Source: an uncultured Chloroflexia bacterium (lineage in GTDB: Bacteria > Chloroflexota > Anaerolineae > Aggregatilineales > UBA3940). Taken from it: 64,000 bases of DNA. The notes under the pieces were generated by a model. It did not search any database. It saw only the letters and a program-made list of their open reading frames with translations, and had not been told where the DNA came from. The stretch covers positions 42,847 through 106,846 of the forward strand of contig CAWBCR010000011.1 of assembly GCA_963787375.1 (NCBI GenBank), written 5' to 3'. This document shows positions 54,079 through 64,000 of the stretch, one piece after another. Every line of letters begins with the position of its first letter. The first letter of the stretch is position 1. The position numbers and the translations under genes are program-made.

Positions 54079-54480
54079 GTGTTTCAGCAATGCATTATTG
54101 TTGGCAATCTGGGGCGCGATCCTGAGATGCGCTACATGCCCGACGGAAAGCCGGTCACGAACTTCACGGTGGCCGTCAACCGCCGCTGGACGTCGCAGGA
54201 TGGCACACAGAGCGAAAAGACGTGGTGGTTCCGCGTGGCCTGCTGGGGCCGCCTGGCCGAGACAACCAACCAGTACCTCAAGAAGGGCCGCCAGGTGATG
54301 GTCATCGGCGAGGTCGACGCTTCAGCATTCACGGGGCAGGACGGCCAGGCGCGCGCTTCGCTGGAGCTGACCGCGCGTGATGTCAGGTTCCTGGGTGGCC
54401 GCGACGAATCGGCAGGCGGCGATATGATGGGCGGAAGCGCCAGCGGGCCGGCGCAGGACGAGGAAGACATCCCATTCTAA
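54079..54480 (+). CDS. ssb: Single-stranded DNA-binding protein
   Basis: GNLGRDPEMRY, C-terminal EDIPF; AAGGAG then GTG. Confidence 0.95.
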   Translation: MFQQCIIVGNLGRDPEMRYMPDGKPVTNFTVAVNRRWTSQDGTQSEKTWWFRVACWGRLAETTNQYLKKGRQVMVIGEVDASAFTGQDGQARASLELTARDVRFLGGRDESAGGDMMGGSASGPAQDEEDIPF

Positions 54481-54485
54481 ACCTT

Positions 54486-55179
54486 ATGGAACCCCTTGAC
54501 ACCATTGGCGATGACATTCGCACCGAGTTCGAAGTCACGGAACAGCGCCCGCGATCAGGCCCTGGCCCGATCGCGGGAGCTTGTACGCCGCTGCGCCGCG
54601 ACGATCAAGGCCGTCCATCGCCAGAACTGGGACGATGCCCGGTCGGGCCTCGAAACCGTGCGGGCGGCTGCGCAAGAACTGATCAAAGGGGTAGCGCCCT
54701 ACCCGGACCTGTTCCACTCGGGCTATACGCAGGATGGGCTGAAAGAGTACGTCGAGGCATTCGCGACGTTTGCGCTGGTGCGCGGCGAGGACCTCCCCAC
54801 ACCGCAGGAGCTCGACGTGCCGGGGGCGACATATCTCAACGGCCTGTGCGAAGCGGCCAGCGAGCTGCGCCGCACGGTGCTCGACATCATCCGGCAGGGG
54901 CACAGCGAGGAGGCCGAACGCCTGCTCGATCAGATGGACACGATCTACAACCTGTTGATGACGTTCGACTTTCCCGACGCGATCACCGGCGGGCTGCGCC
55001 GCCGTGTCGACAGCCTGCGCGGGGTGCTGGAGCGCACGCGCGGCGACCTGACCAACAGCCTGCGGCAGGAGCGCCTGCGGCTAGCTCTGATCGACCTGGA
55101 GCAGCGGCTCGGGTTGTCGATAGACGCAGCAGGCTTCAGCGAGCAGGAAGATGACTTGGACGAACCTCCGCCGGATTGA
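54486..55179 (+). CDS. Translin/TRAX-family protein; apparent frameshift near 54537
   Basis: RDQAL..SRELVR, KEYVEA, YLNGLCEAASELRR, LRRRVD. Confidence 0.85.
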
Positions 55180-55300
55180 CCGGCGCGGATCGTTTATCGC
55201 CACGCGCTGCGGCCAACGCAGATAGATTGCGCGCACCCATCAACGCCCGGACCCGCCGGGATAATACCGTCTGTGATCTGGCATGGAGTAGATCGCACCC

Positions 55301-55933
55301 ATGGTCTCAATACCTGCAATGCTGACCATCATCGAGGGTGAGGGCAAAGACCAGCGATTCATCCTGGAAGAAACCCCCTTTACCATCGGGCGCGCGCCGG
55401 AATGCAGCATGACACTGACGGCCATCGGCGTCTCGCGGCTGCACGCGCGCATCGACTCGGCCTATGGCCAGTACACGATCACCGACATGAGCAGCACGAA
55501 CGGCACATTCGTCAACGACCAGCGCGTCGAGGGCGCGGTGCCGCTGCATCACGGTGACCGCGTCCGCTTCGCGTCGGCCATCGAGACGCTGTTTGAGGAC
55601 CCCTCCGCCACCGCGCAGATCGACGTGGGCCAACTGAGCCTGGGCGGGCTGCGCATCGACGAGACGCGCAAGGAAGTGTTCGTAGATGGGCACCTGGTCG
55701 ACCCGTCGCTCTCTCCGCAGCAGTACGCACTGCTCGAAGTGCTGGTCCACCACGAGGGACAGATCGTCACCCGTGACGAGATCGCCGAAGTGGTATGGCC
55801 CGACCAGGTCGGCGTCAGCGACCAGATGATCGATACGCTCGTCTCCCGCCTGCGCAGCCGGCTGTCCGAGTACAGCCCCGACGATTTCATCGTCACGCGG
55901 CGCGGGTTCGGGTTGATGTTCACCCAGGGATAA
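55301..55933 (+). CDS. FHA domain + winged-helix regulator
   Basis: IGR, VSRLHA, STNGTFVN; VSRLRSRL, IVTRRGFG. Confidence 0.9.
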   Translation: MVSIPAMLTIIEGEGKDQRFILEETPFTIGRAPECSMTLTAIGVSRLHARIDSAYGQYTITDMSSTNGTFVNDQRVEGAVPLHHGDRVRFASAIETLFEDPSATAQIDVGQLSLGGLRIDETRKEVFVDGHLVDPSLSPQQYALLEVLVHHEGQIVTRDEIAEVVWPDQVGVSDQMIDTLVSRLRSRLSEYSPDDFIVTRRGFGLMFTQG

Positions 55934-56046
55934 GGCCGGGACGCCCCTTCGCCTACCCCCCAACGGCAAAGAGGCTCTATAATGACCGGGCCGCTGCGGC
56001 TGCTCAGGCGTGGCGGATCACATCGTCTCTCGCCGGGAGGGTAAGG

Positions 56047-57180
56047 ATGCGCATTCACGAAGTCGACACGACCAGCCGCCGCGACGTCAACCGCTTCATC
56101 AATATCCCCTTCAAACTTTATAAGGACTGCCCGCAGTGGGTGCCCCCCATCCTCCCGGATGCGCGGCTTCAGCTTAACCGCAAGAAATTCCCCTTCTATA
56201 AGCACAACGATGCGACGTTCTTCATCGTCGAGCAGGACGGGCAAGACGTGGGGCGGATGGCGGCGCTGCATCCCAAGTTCTATAACGAGTTCAAAGGGCT
56301 GCAAAACGCTCACTTCTGGCTGTTTGACAGCATCGACGACCAGGATGCCGCCAATGCGCTGTTCGATGCCGGCCTAGACTGGGCGCGCCAACGCGGGCTG
56401 AAGGTCTTTCGCGGGCCGCTAGGCTTTATGGCCGCCGACGGGATCGGGATGCTGGCCAAAGGCTTCGAGTACCTGCCGGCGGTGAGCATCCCCTACAACT
56501 ACGAGTACTATCCACGGCTGGCCGAAACGTGGGGCTTCAAGCTGGAGGAGCGGGTCTATTCCGGCTCTATCGACCTGCCCCGGCTGCGCGAGGACTTTCC
56601 GCAGCGCGTGCTGGACGTGGCAGAGAAGGTCAAGAAGCGCTACGGGTTCACGGTCAAGACGTTCAAGAACAAGCGCGAGCTGCGCACATGGGTCGCGCCA
56701 CGCCTGGCCGAAGTCTACAACCGCACGCTGACGCACATCGCCGGCGACCCGCCGCTGTCGCAGGAAGAGGTCGACACCGTCGCCGACAACCTGCTGATGA
56801 TCACCGACCCACAGCTTCTCAAGTTCGTGATGAAGGACGACGAGATCGTCGGCTTCCTGTTCTGCTTCCTCAACATCTCGAAGGGCATCCAGAAAGCAAG
56901 AGGGCGGCTGTTCCCGTTCGGCATCTTCCACATTCTGCTTGACCTGCGGCGCACCACCATGCTCGATCTAAACGGCATGGGCATCGTGCCCGAATACCAG
57001 GGCATGGGCGGCACCGCCGTGATGTACGCCGAGCTGTACCACGCCACCATGAACTTTCCGCGCTTCACGCACGGCGAGGCAGTGCAGATCTCCGAGTTCA
57101 ACGCCAAGAGCCTTAACGAGATGCCCAAATTCGGCGCGAAGTGGTACAAGACGCACCACATCTACCGCCGAGAGGTGTAA
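56047..57180 (+). CDS. YghO-like GNAT protein, bacterial ceramide synthase (bCerS)-like
   Basis: F..IP.KLY..CPQWVPP, VGRMAA, FDSIDD..AA.ALF, RGP, GML..GF, PYN..YY, GIVPEYQGMG. Confidence 0.7.
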   Translation: MRIHEVDTTSRRDVNRFINIPFKLYKDCPQWVPPILPDARLQLNRKKFPFYKHNDATFFIVEQDGQDVGRMAALHPKFYNEFKGLQNAHFWLFDSIDDQDAANALFDAGLDWARQRGLKVFRGPLGFMAADGIGMLAKGFEYLPAVSIPYNYEYYPRLAETWGFKLEERVYSGSIDLPRLREDFPQRVLDVAEKVKKRYGFTVKTFKNKRELRTWVAPRLAEVYNRTLTHIAGDPPLSQEEVDTVADNLLMITDPQLLKFVMKDDEIVGFLFCFLNISKGIQKARGRLFPFGIFHILLDLRRTTMLDLNGMGIVPEYQGMGGTAVMYAELYHATMNFPRFTHGEAVQISEFNAKSLNEMPKFGAKWYKTHHIYRREV

Positions 57181-57207
57181 CGGGCCGCAAGCTCAACTCT
57201 CATACAT

Positions 57208-57240
57208 AAAAAGCGCCCGGCTGATGTGGCCGGGCGCTTT
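57208..57240. terminator. Bidirectional terminator
   Basis: AAAGCGCCCGGC-7-GCCGGGCGCTTT. Confidence 0.8.
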
Positions 57241-57251
57241 GCATTCACCGC

Positions 57252-58622
57252 CTATGGCAGCGGGATCGTCGCCTGATCAATGACCTCGCCGCCGAGCGCG
57301 ATGGCCGTCAGGTCGATGTGGTCGGCGAAGACCTCCAACAGCACGTAGTGGGTCTGCCGGGCGAAAGCCTGGAGGCCGTCGGGGGTCTGGGTTTGCGCGT
57401 ACAGCGTCGCGGAGCCGCCGCCGGAGATGACATAGGTCGTCCCATTCTCAACGAACCGCTGGTAGTTGTGGTCGTGGCCGGAGAGAACCAGCGGCACCCC
57501 CGCCGCCTCAAACTGCGGCGACCAGTCCGCCTGCACGGGTGGGCTGTCCGTGACGTGCCGCCCGGCGTCATATGGCGACACGTGGAACACGACGATGGTG
57601 TGCCTGAAACGGCTGTCGGCCAGCCGCCCGGCGAGCCACGCGTCCTGCGCGGCTGAGCCACCTTCGCCAAAGAAGGCCTGCGTATCGAGCATCACGAACT
57701 GGAGATCGCCATAGGCGAAGGCGTACCAGCGCCGCTTACCAGCATCGTCCGAGGGGCCGAACTGCGGATCGGCAAATGGCGGGAAGACGTGGTAGTAAAA
57801 CGGGACCGCGTTCCACAGCGTCGCCGACTCGATGTCGTGGTTGCCGACGACCGGGTAAATCACGGTGCTGTGCAGCAGCGGCGAGAACACGTCGAACCAC
57901 TTGCGGCGGTAGGCGTCGAAGGCACTGGCATCCTCACCCATGCTGTAGACCACGTCGCCGGTGTGGATGACGAAGTCAAGCGGCTGGTTTGCCATCTCAC
58001 GGACAAGCTGCTGCGTCGCGGTGTCGCCAAAGCCCGCGTCGCCGATGACGCCGATGCGCAGCGGAAACGTTCCAGAAGGCGTGTGGAAGGTCACCGCACC
58101 CCATGCCTGCCCTCCATATGGCACCGGATGGTACGCGCCGTCTGCATCCGGGCCAAGCAGCACCTCCGCCTGATAGCTCACGCCGGGCGCGAGCCCACCA
58201 AGCGCGACCTGCTGGTAGGCCTGGCCGGAGTCGATGGGCATCTGCGCCACCTGCGCGGGCTGATCGATGGGGTAATAACGCACTAACCCCAGCTCGGGCT
58301 GGGCCAGCTCGAACAGGAGCGTGGCTGCATCTGTGGTGACGTGCTGGACGGTCAGCGGCAGCGCGAAGGCCACGTCAGATGGCGTATCGCTGACCGGCAG
58401 CGGGGTGGAGGTGGGCGCAGGCATCGACGAGGCCGGCGGCGCTGTGACGGTCGGGGTTGCTGCCAGTGCGGCGGTCGGTGTGGGCGACGGTGGGACAATT
58501 GTGGCAGTAGCCGGCGGCAGGGCAGCCGGGCCACACGCCGCCAGCGCAGCAGTCAGGGCCACAAGGGCCAGCGCCGCCTTGAGCGGCGGCCTCAGCGCCA
58601 CAAGTTTGAGCATTGGCAGCAT
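57252..58622 (-). CDS. Purple-acid-phosphatase-like metallophosphoesterase lipoprotein
   Basis: LAAC lipobox, Pro/Thr linker, IGD, HTGDVVY, GNHD, SGHDHNY. Confidence 0.88.
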   Translation of the reverse strand: MLPMLKLVALRPPLKAALALVALTAALAACGPAALPPATATIVPPSPTPTAALAATPTVTAPPASSMPAPTSTPLPVSDTPSDVAFALPLTVQHVTTDAATLLFELAQPELGLVRYYPIDQPAQVAQMPIDSGQAYQQVALGGLAPGVSYQAEVLLGPDADGAYHPVPYGGQAWGAVTFHTPSGTFPLRIGVIGDAGFGDTATQQLVREMANQPLDFVIHTGDVVYSMGEDASAFDAYRRKWFDVFSPLLHSTVIYPVVGNHDIESATLWNAVPFYYHVFPPFADPQFGPSDDAGKRRWYAFAYGDLQFVMLDTQAFFGEGGSAAQDAWLAGRLADSRFRHTIVVFHVSPYDAGRHVTDSPPVQADWSPQFEAAGVPLVLSGHDHNYQRFVENGTTYVISGGGSATLYAQTQTPDGLQAFARQTHYVLLEVFADHIDLTAIALGGEVIDQATIPLP

Positions 58623-58847
58623 CCATCCCTCCCTATCAGGTGATAGATCAACTATAACGCGAACGCCCGGCGGCTGATATACGATCCGCCAACGCGCCCA
58701 CAGCGCAGGCCGGGCCGGGCACTCGCGGCGATTGCAGGTGGTAGATCGCAATGGTATAATCCTGCGGGCCGGGCCTCTTTAGTCTGGCCCATATTTCAGT
58801 TTTGTACCACCTATCATCCGGGCAGCGCCCACTCTGGAGCACACTGC

Positions 58848-59909
58848 GTGTTTACCCCCCTAAACTGGCTTCTTGGCCTGTTTTCATTGGATATTGGCAT
58901 CGATCTGGGCACAGCAAACACGCTCGTCGCCGTCCGGGGCCGCGGTATCGTGATTAACGAGCCTTCGTGGGTGGCCATCGACAAGAAAAGGCGCACCCCG
59001 CTGGCCATTGGCGCAGAAGCGCGCCAGATGGTCGGGCGGACGCCGGCGAACATCATCGCCATCCGCCCTCTGCGCGACGGCGTCATCTCGGAGTTTGAAA
59101 TCACGCAGGCCATGCTGGAATACTTTATCGGCAAGGCGCACGAGCAGTCGCTGGTACCACTGCCGCGCCCACGCGTGGTGGTCGGCGTCCCCAGCGGCGT
59201 CACGGAAGTTGAGAAGCGTGCCGTGTACGACGCGACAATGTCCGCCGGCGCGCGTGAAGCGTTCCTGATCGAAGAGCCGATGGCGGCAGCGATTGGCGCG
59301 GGGCTGCCCATCACCGAGAGCCGGGGCAGTATGATCGTCGACATCGGCGGTGGCACGACCGAAGTCGCCATCTTCGCGCTGGGCGGCATTGTCATCAGCC
59401 GCTCGATCCGTGTGGCGGGCGACGAGATGGACGAGGACGTCATCCGCTACCTGCGCACCAAGTACAACCTGCTGATCGGCGAGCGCATGGCCGAACGCGC
59501 CAAGATCGAGTGCGGCTCGGCTTACCCGCTGCCTGAAGAGCACACGATCACCATGCGCGGGCGTAACCTCGTCACCGGGCTGCCCGAAGCAGTCGACGTG
59601 TCGTCGATTGAGCTGCGCGAGGCGCTGTCGACGTCGGTTCAGGTGGTGGTCGACACGATCAAAGACACACTCGAAGAGACGCCACCGGAGCTAATCTCCG
59701 ACCTGATGGAAAGCGGCGTGTGCATGGCCGGCGGCGGCTCGCAGCTTTCCGGGCTGACCGAGCGCATCTCGGAAGAGATCAACATGCGCGTGTGGCTGGC
59801 CGAAGATCCGATGACCTGTGTGGCGCGCGGTGCAGGCCGGGTGCTCGAAGACTACGACAACCTGCGCCGGGTGCTGGTGGGGCTTCAGCGCGGCAGCACG
59901 CAGCATTAA
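58848..59909 (+). CDS. mreB: Rod shape protein MreB
   Basis: GIDLGTANT, IEEPMAAAIG, VDIGGGTTE. Confidence 0.96.
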   Translation: MFTPLNWLLGLFSLDIGIDLGTANTLVAVRGRGIVINEPSWVAIDKKRRTPLAIGAEARQMVGRTPANIIAIRPLRDGVISEFEITQAMLEYFIGKAHEQSLVPLPRPRVVVGVPSGVTEVEKRAVYDATMSAGAREAFLIEEPMAAAIGAGLPITESRGSMIVDIGGGTTEVAIFALGGIVISRSIRVAGDEMDEDVIRYLRTKYNLLIGERMAERAKIECGSAYPLPEEHTITMRGRNLVTGLPEAVDVSSIELREALSTSVQVVVDTIKDTLEETPPELISDLMESGVCMAGGGSQLSGLTERISEEINMRVWLAEDPMTCVARGAGRVLEDYDNLRRVLVGLQRGSTQH

Positions 59910-60032
59910 GGCCGTCGCGCCGCCCGACGACAGGCGCGCAGGCCACAAAAGAACTTGTTGCAATCCGGGTGTGGCCTCTGTACTCTATAACAGGGACCAC
60001 ACCCGGTGGTTTTAATGGTAGGTGAGTTTGCG

Positions 60033-60890
60033 ATGTTTCGGCGTGAAAACAGCCGTCTGTTGACTTTAGGAGCACTGCTGATTGCGGCCATTCTGCTGCT
60101 TACAGTGGGCACGCGCTCCGGCGTGCTGCGCCCGCTGGTGAGCATCGTGATGGCCCCCCTGTCACCCATCACGCGGCTGGTGACCGGCGGGACCAACGCC
60201 GCAGTCGACCTGTCAAGGCCGCAGGAGGATTATGCCGCCCTCCAGCAGCACTCGCTTGAGCTGGAGAAATCCATCGCGCAACTTCAGGTCGAGATTGTGC
60301 GGCTGCGTGAGATCGAGCAGGATTACTACCGCCTGTCCGCGCTGGTCGATTATTCAGCCCAGCACCCCGACCAGAACCTCGTCACCGGCGACGTGATCGC
60401 ACAGGACACCAGCGGCTACTTGCGCTGGATCATCATCAACCGGGGAGCCCGCGACGGCATCCAGGTTGGCAACCCGGTCATCAGCGACCTGGGGCTGGTG
60501 GGGCGCGTCGAGAAGGTGGCGGCCAACGCCGCCTGGATTCGCCTCGAAATCGACCAGGCCAGCGCCATCAACGCCATCCTGCAAACCTCCCGCGCAGAGG
60601 GGACCGTCGTCGGCCAGCTTCAGGGCGGCCTGCGGATGGAGTACATCCCACAGCAGGCGCAGATCGAGGCGGATGACCTGGTGCTGACATCGGGCCTGGG
60701 CGGCGACTTCCCGGCAGACATCGTGATCGGGCAGGTGACCAGCGTCAGGCGGCAGCAAGCCGATCTGTTCCAGGAAGCGGAGATCCGCCCTACCGTCGAC
60801 TTCAACTCGCTGAAGATCGTGTCGGTGATTACCAGCTTCAAGCCGGTCGATATTTCGTCGTTTCAACAGACCACGCCGACCGCGCCATGA
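60033..60890 (+). CDS. mreC: Rod shape protein MreC
   Basis: TM, coiled coil, INRG..DGI, GLVGRV, TSGLGG.FP. Confidence 0.92.
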   Translation: MFRRENSRLLTLGALLIAAILLLTVGTRSGVLRPLVSIVMAPLSPITRLVTGGTNAAVDLSRPQEDYAALQQHSLELEKSIAQLQVEIVRLREIEQDYYRLSALVDYSAQHPDQNLVTGDVIAQDTSGYLRWIIINRGARDGIQVGNPVISDLGLVGRVEKVAANAAWIRLEIDQASAINAILQTSRAEGTVVGQLQGGLRMEYIPQQAQIEADDLVLTSGLGGDFPADIVIGQVTSVRRQQADLFQEAEIRPTVDFNSLKIVSVITSFKPVDISSFQQTTPTAP

Positions 60891-61390
60891 GCCTCCAGCT
60901 TGGCATCCCGCTGTTTCTTGTCGCCATGATCGTACAGGCCAGCATCCTGCCGCACCTGCGCGTGTTCGGCGGGCAGCCCGACCTGATCGTGCTGCTGGTG
61001 CTGGCGTGGTCCACCCTGGACGACGGCCAGGAGGGTATGGCATGGGCATTCACCGGTGGCCTGTTCCTGGACCTGCTATCCGGCGCGCCACTGGGAATCT
61101 CGTCGCTGGCGCTGGTGCCAATTGCATACTTGGTCGGGCTGACCGAGGCGCAGGTTTACCGTAATAATGTGGCGCTCCCGCTGCTGCTGGGGTTCGCCGG
61201 CACGCTGGGTTATCACGTCCTGTACCTGCTGCTGCTGCGCTTTCTGGCCGGCTTTCCGGTCGACTGGACAGGCATCATCTGGTACGTTACAGTCCCCTCA
61301 ATCCTGTTCGACATGATCTTTATCCTGCCGATTCTCAGGGTACTCGCTCGCTGGTACGCACGGTTACACCCGCGCCAGGTCACGATCTGA
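60887..61390 (+). CDS. mreD: Rod shape protein MreD
   Basis: PDLIVL, GGLFLDLLS; synteny. Confidence 0.9.
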   Translation: MSLQLGIPLFLVAMIVQASILPHLRVFGGQPDLIVLLVLAWSTLDDGQEGMAWAFTGGLFLDLLSGAPLGISSLALVPIAYLVGLTEAQVYRNNVALPLLLGFAGTLGYHVLYLLLLRFLAGFPVDWTGIIWYVTVPSILFDMIFILPILRVLARWYARLHPRQVTI

Positions 61391-61405
61391 TGCGGATAGA
61401 GAGCG

Positions 61406-63499
61406 ATGGCTGCTATGAGACCCAATCAGAACCGCCCGGATCAACGCCGGGCCCGACATCTGATATTCGAAGTGGTGGTGCTGCTGGCATTTGTCGTACT
61501 GGCGGTGCGCATTTACCAGATACAGATCCTCCAGCACCGTCAATACGCAGGGGAGGCCGACACCAACCGCTACGACACGGTCAGCATCGCCGCAACGCGC
61601 GGCATCATCGAGGATCGCAACGGCGTGCAGTTGGCGGTCAACGTCGCCAGCGCCAACGTGACAGTCACCCCGGCACTGCTGCCCGACGACGAGGCGCAGA
61701 CCAACGCCGAGATGGAACGGCTGGCCGGCCTGCTGAACATCCCGCTCAGCGGTGAGCTGAACACCGTCGACGAGCGCGGCATCCCGCAGCGCAGCCTGAT
61801 GACGATGATCCAGGAAGGGCAGGGCATCGCCCCGTACAAGCCCATCGTCGTCAAGTCTGACGTGGACGAAGGCATCGCACGGCAGATCATCGCGGAGCAC
61901 CTGAATTTCCCCGGCGTAGACGTCGAGTGGGTGTCGGTGCGCGACTACCCGACCGGCGCGCTGACCTCGCAGATCATCGGCTACATGGGCCCGATTCCCG
62001 GCGAGCGCGCCCAGGATTTTGAGGCTCAGGGTTACGTGCTCGACCGCGACCGCATCGGCTATGACGGCGCTGAATTCGCCTTCCAGGATCTACTGGCCGG
62101 GACGCCGGGGCTGCAGATCGTCGAGCGCGACGTCGCGGGACAGATCATCCGCACCATCGGCGAGTCGCGACCGGCCCAGCCCGGCTACAGCATCCGTCTG
62201 ACTATCGACGCGGACCTACAGCGCGCAGCGCAGAAGGCGCTGGTCGACCAGATCAACGCTCTCAAGAAGCTGCATCCCGACAACCCGATCGGCTACGACC
62301 GGGGTGTGGTCATCGCGTCGAACCCCAGGACGGGTGAAATCCTGGCGATGGTAAGCTGGCCGACTTACGACAACAGCCGCTTCGCGCGCAGCATTGACTA
62401 CCCGTACTACCTGCAGGTGTGGCAGGACCCGCTGCACCCGCTGTTCAACCAGGCGGTGAACTCACTGTACCCGCCCGGCTCGATCTTCAAGCTGATGACC
62501 GGCACCGCCGTGATCGAGGAAGGCGTCGTCACGCCCGACCAGAAGATCAACGACCCCGGCAAAATCCAGCTTGAGAACCGCTACTATCCCAACGACCCCG
62601 GCCAGGCGCAGACGTTCGTGTGCTGGAAGAAGGACGGCCACGGCGAGGTCGACTTCATCCACGCCATTGCGTGGTCATGCGATGTGTACTTCTACAAAGT
62701 CGGCGGCGGATTTCAGGACGAAGTGCCCGGCTTCGGGCTGGGCATCACCCGGCTGGGGGCCTGGATGAAGATCTTCGGGCTGGGCCAGCCGACAGGCATC
62801 GAGCTGGCCGGAGAGGCGGCGGGCTTTATCCCCACCCCGGCGTGGAAGCGGCAGACCTGGGGTGAGAACTGGTCAACCGGCGACACTTACAACTCGGCGT
62901 TCGGACAGGGCTACGTGCTGGCGACCCCGCTCCAGATGCTGGGGGTGGTGAACGCCGTCGCCAACAATGGGATGCGCCCCACACCGACGCTGGTACGCGA
63001 GATCATCGACGCGGATGGCCGGGTGGTGAAGGGCTTCCAGCCAATGTACACCGACATGCACCAGGCCGTGGCCGACTACTGGAAAACGACCTACGGCGTC
63101 GACTACCCCGCTACGCTCGACCACACGCTGAGCCTGGTACAGCAGGGCATGCGCGGCGCGGTGACCTTCGAGGGCGGCACCGCCCTGGCTGCGCAGACGG
63201 ATTACCTGCCCTACGTGCCCATCGCCGGTAAGACCGGCACCGCCGAGTTCTGCGACAACATCGCCGCCGCGCTCGACCAGTGCATCCCCGGCAACTGGCC
63301 CTCACACGCGTGGTTCATGGGCTACGCGCCCTACGGCAACCCGGAGATATCGGTGGTGGCGTTCATCTACAACGGCGGCGAGGGCTCGATCATCGCCATG
63401 CCGGTGGCCGCGGAGGTCATGGATGCCTACTTCAAGCTGAAGACCGAGCGCGCGCTGGCTGCGCAGCAGACGCCGCAGGCCCCCACCCCCCAGCCATAA
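61406..63499 (+). CDS. mrdA: Penicillin-binding protein 2
   Basis: RGIIEDRNG, PGSIFK (SxxK), SCDVYFY, AGKTGTA. Confidence 0.93.
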   Translation: MAAMRPNQNRPDQRRARHLIFEVVVLLAFVVLAVRIYQIQILQHRQYAGEADTNRYDTVSIAATRGIIEDRNGVQLAVNVASANVTVTPALLPDDEAQTNAEMERLAGLLNIPLSGELNTVDERGIPQRSLMTMIQEGQGIAPYKPIVVKSDVDEGIARQIIAEHLNFPGVDVEWVSVRDYPTGALTSQIIGYMGPIPGERAQDFEAQGYVLDRDRIGYDGAEFAFQDLLAGTPGLQIVERDVAGQIIRTIGESRPAQPGYSIRLTIDADLQRAAQKALVDQINALKKLHPDNPIGYDRGVVIASNPRTGEILAMVSWPTYDNSRFARSIDYPYYLQVWQDPLHPLFNQAVNSLYPPGSIFKLMTGTAVIEEGVVTPDQKINDPGKIQLENRYYPNDPGQAQTFVCWKKDGHGEVDFIHAIAWSCDVYFYKVGGGFQDEVPGFGLGITRLGAWMKIFGLGQPTGIELAGEAAGFIPTPAWKRQTWGENWSTGDTYNSAFGQGYVLATPLQMLGVVNAVANNGMRPTPTLVREIIDADGRVVKGFQPMYTDMHQAVADYWKTTYGVDYPATLDHTLSLVQQGMRGAVTFEGGTALAAQTDYLPYVPIAGKTGTAEFCDNIAAALDQCIPGNWPSHAWFMGYAPYGNPEISVVAFIYNGGEGSIIAMPVAAEVMDAYFKLKTERALAAQQTPQAPTPQP

Positions 63500-63504
63500 T
63501 CAGA

Positions 63505-63534
63505 CGGGGGCAGCCATTGCGATGACTGCCCCCG
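63505..63534. terminator. Hairpin between convergent mrdA and pyk
   Basis: CGGGGGCAG...CTGCCCCCG. Confidence 0.55.
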
Positions 63535-63544
63535 CACGCCCCGC

Positions 63545-64000
63545 TCACTTCTTACTGTGTGATTTCTTGCCTTTGATGGACGCCTGCCCGCCGTCGGGCT
63601 GGACCATCTCGACGGTCATCAGGTTGGTCGCGCCCGGCATATTGGGCGTGATGCCTGCCGTCAGCACGACCCGTGCCCCTTCCTTGACCCAGCCCGCCTT
63701 AAAGGCCGCGCTGATCCCGCCCTGCAGGACAGCATCGGCGCTGGTGGTGCGCGTGCCCAGCAGCGGGCAGACTCCCCACGAGAGCATCAACTGGCGCTGC
63801 ACGATGCGGTTGGGCGTCACGGCGATGAGCCGGGTGTGCGGGCGATACTTGGCGATGTTGCGCGCCGTCTTGCCGCTGGCCGTCGAGGCGATGATAGCCG
63901 CCACGTTCAGGTCGCATGCCGTCTCACAGGTTGCGTGGCTGACTGCGTCGGTCACGTCGCCGGCGCTGCGCGACAGGTGCACAGGCATGCGCCATGGTCC
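63545..64000 (-). CDS. pyk: Pyruvate kinase C-terminal domain, 5'-partial
   Basis: TASGKTARNIAKYRP, LSWGVCP, G.TNLM. Confidence 0.9.
   Translation of the reverse strand, partial: GPWRMPVHLSRSAGDVTDAVSHATCETACDLNVAAIIASTASGKTARNIAKYRPHTRLIAVTPNRIVQRQLMLSWGVCPLLGTRTTSADAVLQGGISAAFKAGWVKEGARVVLTAGITPNMPGATNLMTVEMVQPDGGQASIKGKKSHSKK

Overview
High-GC chromosomal window, most likely from a Chloroflexota (Anaerolineae-like) bacterium. The inference rests on fused glyQS, a GAAC-N4-GTTC SOS box, DUF951 beside a Xer-type recombinase and a bacterial translin. Most genes are housekeeping or metabolic: glyQS, hutU, rlmD, mutY, gmk-like, lexA, polA, an amino-acid ABC transporter, ino1, rnz, ssb, mreBCD-mrdA and pyk. 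About 16 apparent frameshifts, several in core genes, point to indel-prone assembly rather than real pseudogenes. I saw no rRNA, tRNA or CRISPR array. The best signals, several invisible in the ORF track, are: (1) a Cys-rich leader peptide with mutually exclusive antiterminator/terminator hairpins upstream of a cysM-mec-cysO::DUF4395-trx-moeZ sulfur-carrier operon, where the ubiquitin-like carrier is fused through its Gly-Gly to a membrane domain; (2) an SPT-like enzyme, ino1 and a ceramide-synthase-like GNAT within about 10 kb, suggesting (inositol-)sphingolipid synthesis; (3) a membrane-anchored UxxC thioredoxin-fold selenoprotein split at an in-frame TGA; (4) a 19-aa Gly/Pro peptide gene with a sequestered RBS, its own terminator and 11-bp-phased repeats, next to a TPR-CHAT protease; (5) an unannotated Flp pilin in an AT-rich patch near a tyrosine recombinase. 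All family assignments come from motif recognition, not database searches.
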